In this document: piece by piece, positions 17,779-25,843 of the stretch
How the letters are laid out: each line of letters begins with the position of its first letter
How positions within the stretch are numbered: the stretch's first letter is position 1
Made by a program: the position numbers and the translations under genes
The notes under the pieces: model-generated
Databases searched by the model: none
Told to the model about the DNA's origin: nothing
The model's input: only the letters and a program-made list of their open reading frames with translations
Source: Acidobacteriota bacterium
Lineage (GTDB): Bacteria; Acidobacteriota; UBA6911; RPQK01; JAJDTT01
Reading direction: 5' to 3'
Assembly (NCBI GenBank): GCA_965217775.1
Contig: CBDCJH010000002.1
Location: forward strand, 5,504,001-5,568,000
Length of the DNA stretch: 64,000 nt

Positions 17779-18990
17779 ATGACACGGAAACTGGAATGGA
17801 TTGGGGTCGTCCTGTTGGCGTTGGGCGCCTCCTGCGCTCCGACTGAATTCGCTCCCGGAGCGAAGGTCGAGATCGAGGCGGAGGTGATGGTGGACCCCGT
17901 AGAATCGGGACTGGAACGTTCCATGCTGGGCATGGTCACCCACCCGGACGGGAGCATCTACCTGAACACCCAAACCCAGCAGAGGCTCTACAAGAGCACC
18001 GATCAGGGGAGAAGCTGGACCCGGTTGCCGGTAAATCTTCCGGAGGCGCCTCCCGATCAGGTTCAACACGGACTCTTTGTCAGCCGCGATGGCCGTCTCT
18101 GGCTGATGCATCAGTCTCCTGGCGGCAAGGACCTGTTCGTTTCCGTTTCGAACGACTCGGGAAGCACCTGGAAGACCACGTCCATCGATTTCGGACAGTT
18201 CTCACCGGGCGGATCCGAGGACCCCTACGTCCTCTGCGCAAACGACTACAACACCTTCTTCCAGGAGGCGGACGGCACCGTGGCGCTGGGGGTGGGCCTG
18301 CGTTACGCGGATCATAGGGATTACCAGCAGGAGGACCGGTCGCGGCCGGGATTTCACGAGACTCTGATCCGAACGCGGGACGAAGGAGCGAGCTGGGGCG
18401 ATCCCACCGAAGTCCACCAGCACATCGCCGAAACCGGCTACGCCGTGGACCCCAACCCCTCGATGCGCGTCCTGGCCATGACGCGGATCCAGAGGCCTCC
18501 GTTTCCGGGAGAAGACGTGGCGGCGATGTCGAAGCGCAGCGGAGCTCCTCCGGGGGCCTCGGCCATCTACAAACAGGGAATACTCCTCGAATCCAGCGAC
18601 GGCGGACGGACCTTCCAGGAGGTGCCGGGAAGCCTGAACGAATACTACGGGCACCGGGGGACCATCCTCTGGACCCCGAGAAACGTGGTCGTGATCACCC
18701 ACCAGGGAGGTGTCCCGGGCAAGAGTGCCCCTGACGGCACGGTGCTGGCGCGGGTCAGCCTGGACGGGGGACGGACTTGGGTGAACGAGACGGAATCGGG
18801 GACCCCCTCCATGGCCGATTCCACCCGGTTTCTGCTGGTGCCCCAGCCGCCGGGCCACTCTTATACGGCCCCGACGGTGGAGTTGGAGCCGGACCACTTC
18901 CTGACCGTCTACAACACCCGGCATCCAGGGTGGGAGAGCCGGGCCGTCAAGGGTGTCTTCTGGCGTCTGGTGCGGTCGTCGGCAAACTGA
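17779..18990 (+). CDS. BNR/Asp-box (sialidase-like) lipoprotein, more distant homolog of the triplicated genes
   Basis: Start ATG 17779 (GGAGG RBS), lipobox GASC; shares LNT, STDQGRSW, WLMHQ, ETGYAVDP, TRIQR, YKQGILLES with the triplet. Confidence 0.8.
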   Translation: MTRKLEWIGVVLLALGASCAPTEFAPGAKVEIEAEVMVDPVESGLERSMLGMVTHPDGSIYLNTQTQQRLYKSTDQGRSWTRLPVNLPEAPPDQVQHGLFVSRDGRLWLMHQSPGGKDLFVSVSNDSGSTWKTTSIDFGQFSPGGSEDPYVLCANDYNTFFQEADGTVALGVGLRYADHRDYQQEDRSRPGFHETLIRTRDEGASWGDPTEVHQHIAETGYAVDPNPSMRVLAMTRIQRPPFPGEDVAAMSKRSGAPPGASAIYKQGILLESSDGGRTFQEVPGSLNEYYGHRGTILWTPRNVVVITHQGGVPGKSAPDGTVLARVSLDGGRTWVNETESGTPSMADSTRFLLVPQPPGHSYTAPTVELEPDHFLTVYNTRHPGWESRAVKGVFWRLVRSSAN

Positions 18991-19021
18991 TCGGAGAGGC
19001 AGGCAGCGAGCCGGGAAAGGA

Positions 19022-22000
19022 TTACGGATCCGTTTCCACAGGCTCTTGCACGACCAGCAGGCGGCCGGCCGGAACCTCCTCCAGGACCTGGGTGGCGCCG
19101 CTGGGCCAGCGGACCTCCAAGCGGTCCACCTGGGTCGCATCACCCAGGCCGAAGGTCAGCCGCGGATCGCTCTCGGAGAGATAGCTGGAGCCGCTTCGAC
19201 GGTAGCGCCGTTGGGTTGTGGAACCGGATTTCACGGTGACCAGGGCGCCGATGCCGTCCCGGTTGGAGGCGTTGCCGACGAGCCGGATCCGGAGCCAGTG
19301 GTTTCGGTTTCCCCCCTGGTTGCGAAGCAGGTGCGCCGGACCTCCGTTTTCCGTTACGACCAGATCCAGGTCCCCGTCGTTGTCATAGTCGATGGCTGCG
19401 GCGCCGCGGCCCGCATAAGCTTGATCCAGAGCGGGACCCGCCTCCCCGCCCATGGGCAGGAAGCGGCCGTCCCTCCGGTTGCGGAACAGGAGCGGCCGTT
19501 GCCGGTAGGTCAGCCGGGTCTGAACCGTCTCCACCAGGTCGTCGATGTGGCCGTTGATCGCCAACAGGTCTTGCCAACCGTCCAGATCGTAGTCCAGAAA
19601 GAGGAGTCCGAAGCCCAGGGTCAAGAGACTGGGCTGACCGATGCCCGCCGGGACGGCCTGATCGATGAAGTTCAGGTCGCTGCCCCAGCGGTAGAAGCCG
19701 ATCCCCTCGTAGGAGAAGTTGGTAACGGCCACCACCCCTCGCCCGTCGTTGTCGGCGTCGGCCACGTCGACCCCCATGCCGGCCCGGGCCTGGCCCGATT
19801 CGGAAAAACCGAATCCGTTGCGAGTTCCCACCTCCTCGAAGCGGAAGCCGCCCCGGTTCAGGTAGATCTTGTCCGGCTGAGTGTCCTCGGCCACCACGAG
19901 ATCCATCAGTCCGTTCCCGTCGAAATCCCAAAGGGCCACTCCCAAGGCTTTTCCCGAGGGGTTGAACAGTCCCGCCTCCCTGGTGACGTCCCGGAATCGC
20001 CCGCCGCCCAGGTTGCGAAAGAGGCGCGAGGTGTCACCGGTGAAGATCTCGGGAGTGCAGTAGTGCTTGACCCCGGGGCCGTAACCGCACCGCTGATCCT
20101 GGGAAGGGCTCCAACGGACGTAGTTGGTCACGAAGAGGTCGAGCTTGCCGTCATTGTCGGCGTCCAGCCAGGCCGCGCTCGCCCCCCAGGAGGGATCTCC
20201 GACGCCGGCATCAACGCTCACGTTCGCAAAGGTCCCGTCGCCGTTGTTCCGGTAGAGCCGGTTGAGGCCCAGAATCGTCACATAGAGGTCCGGAAAGCCG
20301 TCGTTGTCATAATCTCCGGCCGCCGCCCCCATGCCGTAGGCGTGAACTTCCAGCCCGGCCTCCCGGGTGACGTCGGTAAACGTGCCGTCGCCCAGGTTGC
20401 GGAAGAGGACGGAACCGACCCCCTCGGGCGTCCCGCCTTCCAGGCGCCACCCGTTGACGAAGAAGAGGTCCATCCACCCGTCCTGATCGAAGTCCAGGAC
20501 CGCCACTCCCGAGCCAATGGTCTCGGGCAGGTACCGTTTCCCCGTCTCCCCCTGGTAGTGCCGGAAGCGGATGCCCGCTGCTTCGGTCACGTCGGTGAAC
20601 TGGACTGGAGCAGGTTCGGCGTGAGCCAAGGCGGCGGCTGGCACCCGAAACCGCTCCGGTATGAAGGCTTCAACTCTCACACGGGTTTCGGAGACGAGGC
20701 CGTCCCATCCTCGCCGCAGCCATCCCAGGAGCCTTCCCTCCACCTCGGACCTCTGTTCCCTGTCAAGTGCAGCGGACGGATCGGTGCCCCCCCGATCCCG
20801 GACGAAGACATCGACGATCCCGTTGTCGTCCCGAGACACCAGATTCGAGGCCTGGGACTCGAAGGCCACGAAGCGGGCATCGGCGCTGATGGTAGGATCC
20901 CGGCTCGGGCCATTCGTTTCCCCGCCCTTTTCGGTCAGGCTGGCCCGGGTCGTCGCTCCTGTCATCCGGTCGTGCACGAAGACGTCCAGAGTTCCGTTGG
21001 TGTCGCCGTCCACCAGGTTGGAGGCGAAGGAGTGGAAGGTCACCCATCGGCCGTCGGCACTGAGGGCGGCTATTCCGCTGCCCCCGTTGGCTTGGCGTCC
21101 CCGGCTGTCGACGCTCACCCGGGTGGTCTCCCCCGTCTGTCGGTCGTGGACGAAGACGTCGATTTCCTGGTTGGTGTCGCCGTCCACCAGGTTGGATCCG
21201 TAGGAGCCGAAGCCCACGAAACGTCCGTCGGCGCTGAGACTCGGGGCCGAGCTGCCCCCGTTGGCTTGGCGTCCCCGGCTGTCGACGCTGATCCGAGTCG
21301 TTTCCCCCGTCTGTCGGTCGTGCACGAAGACGTCCGACACCCGGTTTGTGTCTCCAGGCACCAAGTCGGTGGCCAGCGACTCGAAGGCTACGTATCGGCC
21401 ACTGCCGTCCAAGCTGGAACCGGCACTGGAGCCGTTGGCCTGGCGTCCCCGGCTGTCGACGCTCACCCGATTCGTCTCCCCTGTCTGGCGATCATGGACG
21501 AAGACGTCGGTAGATTCGTTGGTGTCGCCATCCACCAAGTTGGAAGCGAGCGACTCGAAAGCCACGACACGGCCGTCGGAACTGAGGCAGGGTACCCCGT
21601 TGGCGCGGTTGCCCTGGTCCCCTCCGCTGCCGAGGCTGACTCGTGTGGTCTGGCTTGACTTGCGGTCGTGGACGAAGACGTCCAGAGCACCGTTGGTGTC
21701 TCCGTCCACCAGGTTGGAAGCGAGCGATTCGAAGGCGACGATGCGGCCACCGGCGCTGATCCTGGGAAACTGACTCAGACCGTTACCCTGGTTCCCCGCG
21801 TCGTCCACGCTAGCCCGGATGGTCTCCCCCGTTTCACGGTCGTGGACGAAGACGTCCGACACCCAGTTGGTATCTCCGTCCACCAGGTTGGATGCGGTCG
21901 AGGTGTAGACGACGAAGCGTCCTGAGGCGCTGATCTGGGCGTACTGACTGGGACCGTTTCCCCGGTTGGGTCCGTGGACGCTGATTCGTGTGGTGGTCTG

Positions 22001-22099
22001 GCCGGAAAGATCGGTGGCCGGCAGTATCAGCGGGATGAGCAACGTGAGACTGGCGAAAACGTCTGCCGTCTTCCGTGAGCGCCGACCCGGTTCTCTCAC
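19022..22099 (-). CDS. Fusion of a 7-repeat TolB/PD40-like beta-propeller with a CRTAC1-family FG-GAP + ASPIC/UnbV domain
   Basis: Seven SNLV.GDTN...DVFV.DR repeats at exact 174-nt spacing; then FTDVT..AGI, DFDQDG/DYDNDG motifs, LYRNNGDGTF, SNRDGIGA, SYLSESDPRLTFGLG, VRWPSG. Confidence 0.85.
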   Translation of the reverse strand: MREPGRRSRKTADVFASLTLLIPLILPATDLSGQTTTRISVHGPNRGNGPSQYAQISASGRFVVYTSTASNLVDGDTNWVSDVFVHDRETGETIRASVDDAGNQGNGLSQFPRISAGGRIVAFESLASNLVDGDTNGALDVFVHDRKSSQTTRVSLGSGGDQGNRANGVPCLSSDGRVVAFESLASNLVDGDTNESTDVFVHDRQTGETNRVSVDSRGRQANGSSAGSSLDGSGRYVAFESLATDLVPGDTNRVSDVFVHDRQTGETTRISVDSRGRQANGGSSAPSLSADGRFVGFGSYGSNLVDGDTNQEIDVFVHDRQTGETTRVSVDSRGRQANGGSGIAALSADGRWVTFHSFASNLVDGDTNGTLDVFVHDRMTGATTRASLTEKGGETNGPSRDPTISADARFVAFESQASNLVSRDDNGIVDVFVRDRGGTDPSAALDREQRSEVEGRLLGWLRRGWDGLVSETRVRVEAFIPERFRVPAAALAHAEPAPVQFTDVTEAAGIRFRHYQGETGKRYLPETIGSGVAVLDFDQDGWMDLFFVNGWRLEGGTPEGVGSVLFRNLGDGTFTDVTREAGLEVHAYGMGAAAGDYDNDGFPDLYVTILGLNRLYRNNGDGTFANVSVDAGVGDPSWGASAAWLDADNDGKLDLFVTNYVRWSPSQDQRCGYGPGVKHYCTPEIFTGDTSRLFRNLGGGRFRDVTREAGLFNPSGKALGVALWDFDGNGLMDLVVAEDTQPDKIYLNRGGFRFEEVGTRNGFGFSESGQARAGMGVDVADADNDGRGVVAVTNFSYEGIGFYRWGSDLNFIDQAVPAGIGQPSLLTLGFGLLFLDYDLDGWQDLLAINGHIDDLVETVQTRLTYRQRPLLFRNRRDGRFLPMGGEAGPALDQAYAGRGAAAIDYDNDGDLDLVVTENGGPAHLLRNQGGNRNHWLRIRLVGNASNRDGIGALVTVKSGSTTQRRYRRSGSSYLSESDPRLTFGLGDATQVDRLEVRWPSGATQVLEEVPAGRLLVVQEPVETDP

Positions 22100-22109
22100 G
22101 ATTCCGCCA

Positions 22110-22586
22110 TCATCCGCCCCGGCGGAGATTCTGGTTCGATCGAGACTTCACCTTGTCGATGAATCTTTTCCAGACCGGATAATCGGCGGGGTCCCAGATC
22201 GAAGCGATATGCGTGCGGGCGCCCTCCCAGGACCAGTCCAAGTCTTTCATCGCATAGAGAGAGTAGAAGGCGCTGACCCGGTAGTTGGCCGCGCAATGGA
22301 TCAGGATCTTCTTGTCCCCGGCGTTTTCCATGACGCGTCTGAAGCGGCTGAAGTCCGCTTCCGTCGGGTTACCGAAGTCGACCGGAATGTAATGGTATTC
22401 CAATCCCCTACCCTCGACAATTTCACGTTCTTTCGGGACCGCCACCTCCGATGAGTCCGGCAACAGGTTGACCACCGCATCGAATCCTTCTCTCCTGAGC
22501 CGCCGGAGGCGGTCTTCGGACACCGATCCGGAGGTCGCGACCCGCTCACTGATTTTCCGATAGTTGACGGCGCCTTCGATGCCCAT
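22110..22586 (-). CDS. DUF442/BLH-like phosphatase-fold (putative sulfurtransferase) protein
   Basis: ATSG, GFDAVVNL, YHYIPVD, active loop HCAANYR; AGGAG RBS. Confidence 0.7.
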   Translation of the reverse strand: MGIEGAVNYRKISERVATSGSVSEDRLRRLRREGFDAVVNLLPDSSEVAVPKEREIVEGRGLEYHYIPVDFGNPTEADFSRFRRVMENAGDKKILIHCAANYRVSAFYSLYAMKDLDWSWEGARTHIASIWDPADYPVWKRFIDKVKSRSNQNLRRGG

Positions 22587-22667
22587 GCTTTCTCCTCAAT
22601 CCGGATGTTGGTACGCTCGAATCAGAGCCGTTCGGTCCGAGCCTGCGGAAAAGATATGGAGCGCGAC

Positions 22668-25600
22668 ATGGAAGAGTGGAAGATCCTGAGTGTGGATCCT
22701 CTCCCGGTGGTGGGGCGGCCGGCTGCGGACCTGCCTTTCCCTCATCGTTGGATCGAGTTGGAGATTGCGAAGCCGGAGGGGTCGCTTCCGCCCGCCCTGA
22801 CGCTTGAAACGACGGCGGAAGACGTGACCTTGCGCTGTCCCGCCGAGCCCTGGCCGGAAGCGGGCAGGCTGTCGCTCCTGGCAGTGGTGAAGGACGTCGC
22901 CGATCCGGTCCGTGCCTCGATCCGGCTGCTTGCCGGGGAACGGATTCTGGCCGTGACCGAGTTCGAGACCGGGCCGGTTCCCCTCTTCGACTACCACCTG
23001 ATGCCTTCGTCCCATCTCTGTTTCGGCTATTTTACCGGCCTTCCCGAGCACTGGGAGGCGTTCCGGTCGCTAGATGACGCCATCCAGTTGATTTCTGAGG
23101 ACGACGACTACACCTACAACGTGGAATTCCTCTACGGACTCAAGAACCTGTTGCACAAGCGGCCGCAGTTGCAGGAGAGGGTGAAACGATTCATCCGGGA
23201 GGGGCGGCTGGACATCAGCCCCACCCTGGCGCCCAGTTACGCTGACTTCTATGAAGGGGAATCCTACATCCGGCAATTCTCCGAAAGCCAGTGGTGGCTC
23301 CGCCGCCGTCTGGGGGTGCAGGGCCGCGTCCTCTACTCCTGCGACAGTCCCGGGTTCGACCCGCAGATGCCTCAGATCCTGGACAAATGCGGGATTTCCT
23401 TCTTCTGGCGCGGACGCTACGGGGGTATCTATCCCCGCCCCTCGGGCAGTCAGTTGCTCGACGTCGAGGGCGCGGACGGCACCCGCCATCCCAACTTCGT
23501 TCCGCAGGAAGGGGTCCTGGCCGGGTACACCACGCCCACCATCTCCGCCCTCTGGCGGACCGACGAACTCATAGAGGGAGGTTTCGCCTCCCGGAGCAAG
23601 GTGGTACGCCAGACGGCGGCCTCCATTCGCTCGGTCCTTGCGGCCTGGGGCGCCCCCTACGTGGGTCACGCCGCGGCCCGGGACCAAGCCGAATCGAGGC
23701 GGGCCCTGATCAACCGGGTGACGGCCTGGAACCGCAGCTTCGTCACTCCCCGGGCCCGGTTCAATACCCTGAGCCGGTTCTCGGACCAGGTCGCCGCCGA
23801 CTCCCGGGTCCGGCGGGACCGCCACCAGGGCTACCTGCCCCACTTCGCGCTGAACGCCCACGGGATGTACCCCATCATGGAGCAGTCCCATCGAGCCGGC
23901 TACGACCTGGCGGCCGCGGAGAAGGCCGCCGCCCTCGACTATTGCGTCACCGGCGCCCTCTATCCCAGGGACCTGCTGTCCGCCCTCTGGTCCGACCTGC
24001 TCTTCACCCAGCAGCACGAGCAGATCGGCTGGGCCGGCGACGAGACCATCCAGCACACCCGGGACATCTTGAGGCGGGTCCAGGGAGCGGCCGGCGACGT
24101 GACGTTGTCGGCCGCTCACCGGATCGCCTCCAAGATCGCTTTTCGGCGGGAGGACACGGCCGTCGTGGTCTTCAACCTGTTGAATTGGGAGCGCCGGGAC
24201 GTGGTTGAGCTACCGCTTCCCGGCTCGGTCGAAAAGGGACGGCTGGCACTCTCCGATTCCACGGGTTCCCCGGTCCCCCACGAGTTGGGGCCGAAAGACA
24301 CGCTGCGTTTCAGCGCTCGGGTCCCCGCCATGGGATACGAGACCTTCTATCTGAACGGGAACGGAAAACCGGAGGCGACCGACAGTCCCCTGAAAACGGG
24401 TCGGCACTCTATCGAAAACGAGTTCTATCGGGTCTGTCTGGACCCTGCGACAGGTTTTTGCGAGAGCCTCTACGACAAGACACTGGGAGTCGAGCTGGTG
24501 GATGGTTCGGCTGCATTCGGAGCGGGAGAACTGCTCATCGAAGAGGACAGCGGGCGCAGTTGCATCGACTTCGATCCCACCGGACGGGAGTATCGCAGCC
24601 GCGATCATGGCCCGCCTGAAATCCGGGTCAACGGAGGAGGCGTTTCGGCGAGCATCGAGGTGCGCCGTCCCCTCCTGACTCCGAAGGACGGCCCTGCCTT
24701 CTTCGGAGGCTACTGGAGCCAACGTTGTGTCCTCTACGCCGGCCTGCGGCGCGTGGACTTCTTCTTTCGTTGGCACTGGAACAACCGTCCCAGGCACGGA
24801 TTGCGCTGGTTCTTTCCGCTGAACCTGGAAGACCCGGAGATCGTTTTCGACACTCTGTTTGCCACTCAGGAGCACGAGCGGCACCTGACCGACCGGCTGG
24901 GAGCGGACGAGGTATGGCTGGCTGGCGAGAAGGCGAGGGCCGACCGGGACGCCCGCATGACGGGCCGTTTCCTCAGCTTCCGGGACCGCCGGCGCGACTT
25001 CTGCGTCACCGTCACTCCTCCCAAGAGCATGATGCGGTTCGACCGGGGCTCCCTCTGCGCCCAGCTCTCCAGCAATTGCAGCATCTACGCGCCCACCTTC
25101 AACTTCTTCCCGGGAGAGCAGGAGGCTCAGCTTTCACTGACCTCCCACGCCGGCGACTGGAAGAGCGGGCAGGACTGGCGGTTCGGCTGGGAGCACCTGG
25201 CAGGATGGAACCGGCTCCTACCCATCGTTCCGGACAGCCGCTACGACATCCTTCCGGAGCAAGCGAGCCTCATGGCCGTGGGCCCGGACAACGTGGTGCT
25301 CTCGGCGTTGAAGCTGTCCCAGGAAGGAGAGGACCTGGTGGCCCGGGTCTACGAGGCCGAGGGCCGCCCGGTGAACATGACTTGCAAACTGCTGGCTCCG
25401 TTCGTGACCTTTCGTCCGTACGAGCTGGCCCTGCACCGGCGCGGAGAGGCACCGCTGATTCCCCGCAAATTCGGTCCGTTGCCGGTGGTCGAAGCTTGGG
25501 AGACCGATCTTCTGGAAAACAACCTGAATAAACTTGGCCGGGAGGCGCCGGTTCAAGGGTTGCCCGTCGCTGCCAGCGAGATCAAGACCCTCAGGCTGGT

Positions 25601-25751
25601 CCTACCCGAGGTCAGGCGGGGAGACGTCAGCGCGGAGCTGGGAGAGCGAACCGTCTACCGCCTGGAAAAGGCGCCTCCCGAACCGGAAGGCAGCGGAGGC
25701 GAGCCGGAAGAACCCATCACCGGAACCTCCCAATATCTGGGGGTGGGATAG
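22668..25751 (+). CDS. GH38 (alpha-mannosidase-like) glycoside hydrolase with atypical metal ligands
   Basis: SHLCFGY, FIREGRL, GESYIRQ, CDSPG, QQHEQ, VVFNLLNWER, VPAMGYET, IENEFYRV, SLYDK, SALKLSQEG, RVYEAEG, EIKTLR; start uncertain (22605/22656/22668). Confidence 0.75.
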   Translation: MEEWKILSVDPLPVVGRPAADLPFPHRWIELEIAKPEGSLPPALTLETTAEDVTLRCPAEPWPEAGRLSLLAVVKDVADPVRASIRLLAGERILAVTEFETGPVPLFDYHLMPSSHLCFGYFTGLPEHWEAFRSLDDAIQLISEDDDYTYNVEFLYGLKNLLHKRPQLQERVKRFIREGRLDISPTLAPSYADFYEGESYIRQFSESQWWLRRRLGVQGRVLYSCDSPGFDPQMPQILDKCGISFFWRGRYGGIYPRPSGSQLLDVEGADGTRHPNFVPQEGVLAGYTTPTISALWRTDELIEGGFASRSKVVRQTAASIRSVLAAWGAPYVGHAAARDQAESRRALINRVTAWNRSFVTPRARFNTLSRFSDQVAADSRVRRDRHQGYLPHFALNAHGMYPIMEQSHRAGYDLAAAEKAAALDYCVTGALYPRDLLSALWSDLLFTQQHEQIGWAGDETIQHTRDILRRVQGAAGDVTLSAAHRIASKIAFRREDTAVVVFNLLNWERRDVVELPLPGSVEKGRLALSDSTGSPVPHELGPKDTLRFSARVPAMGYETFYLNGNGKPEATDSPLKTGRHSIENEFYRVCLDPATGFCESLYDKTLGVELVDGSAAFGAGELLIEEDSGRSCIDFDPTGREYRSRDHGPPEIRVNGGGVSASIEVRRPLLTPKDGPAFFGGYWSQRCVLYAGLRRVDFFFRWHWNNRPRHGLRWFFPLNLEDPEIVFDTLFATQEHERHLTDRLGADEVWLAGEKARADRDARMTGRFLSFRDRRRDFCVTVTPPKSMMRFDRGSLCAQLSSNCSIYAPTFNFFPGEQEAQLSLTSHAGDWKSGQDWRFGWEHLAGWNRLLPIVPDSRYDILPEQASLMAVGPDNVVLSALKLSQEGEDLVARVYEAEGRPVNMTCKLLAPFVTFRPYELALHRRGEAPLIPRKFGPLPVVEAWETDLLENNLNKLGREAPVQGLPVAASEIKTLRLVLPEVRRGDVSAELGERTVYRLEKAPPEPEGSGGEPEEPITGTSQYLGVG

Positions 25752-25836
25752 GCGACGATTTTCTTGCCACCGATTGGGAGCGGCGACTTTCTTGTCGCCG
25801 AATGGGACCGGCGGCTTTCTTGCCGCCGAACTCCAG
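25745..25836 (+). repeat. Tandem GGAG-headed REP-like palindromes
   Basis: gggagcggcgactttcttgtcgccg, gggaccggcggctttcttgccgccg plus a degenerate first copy; ends in gaactccag like the 1815 cluster. Confidence 0.7.
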
Positions 25837-25843
25837 ATGAGGT

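Noticed and set aside
18953-21658. 901-aa plus-strand ORF and similar long antisense ORFs (e.g. 42499..44550, 33507..35216, 26794..28518)
   Set aside because: Typical high-GC shadow or alternate frames of well-supported genes, with no recognisable motifs
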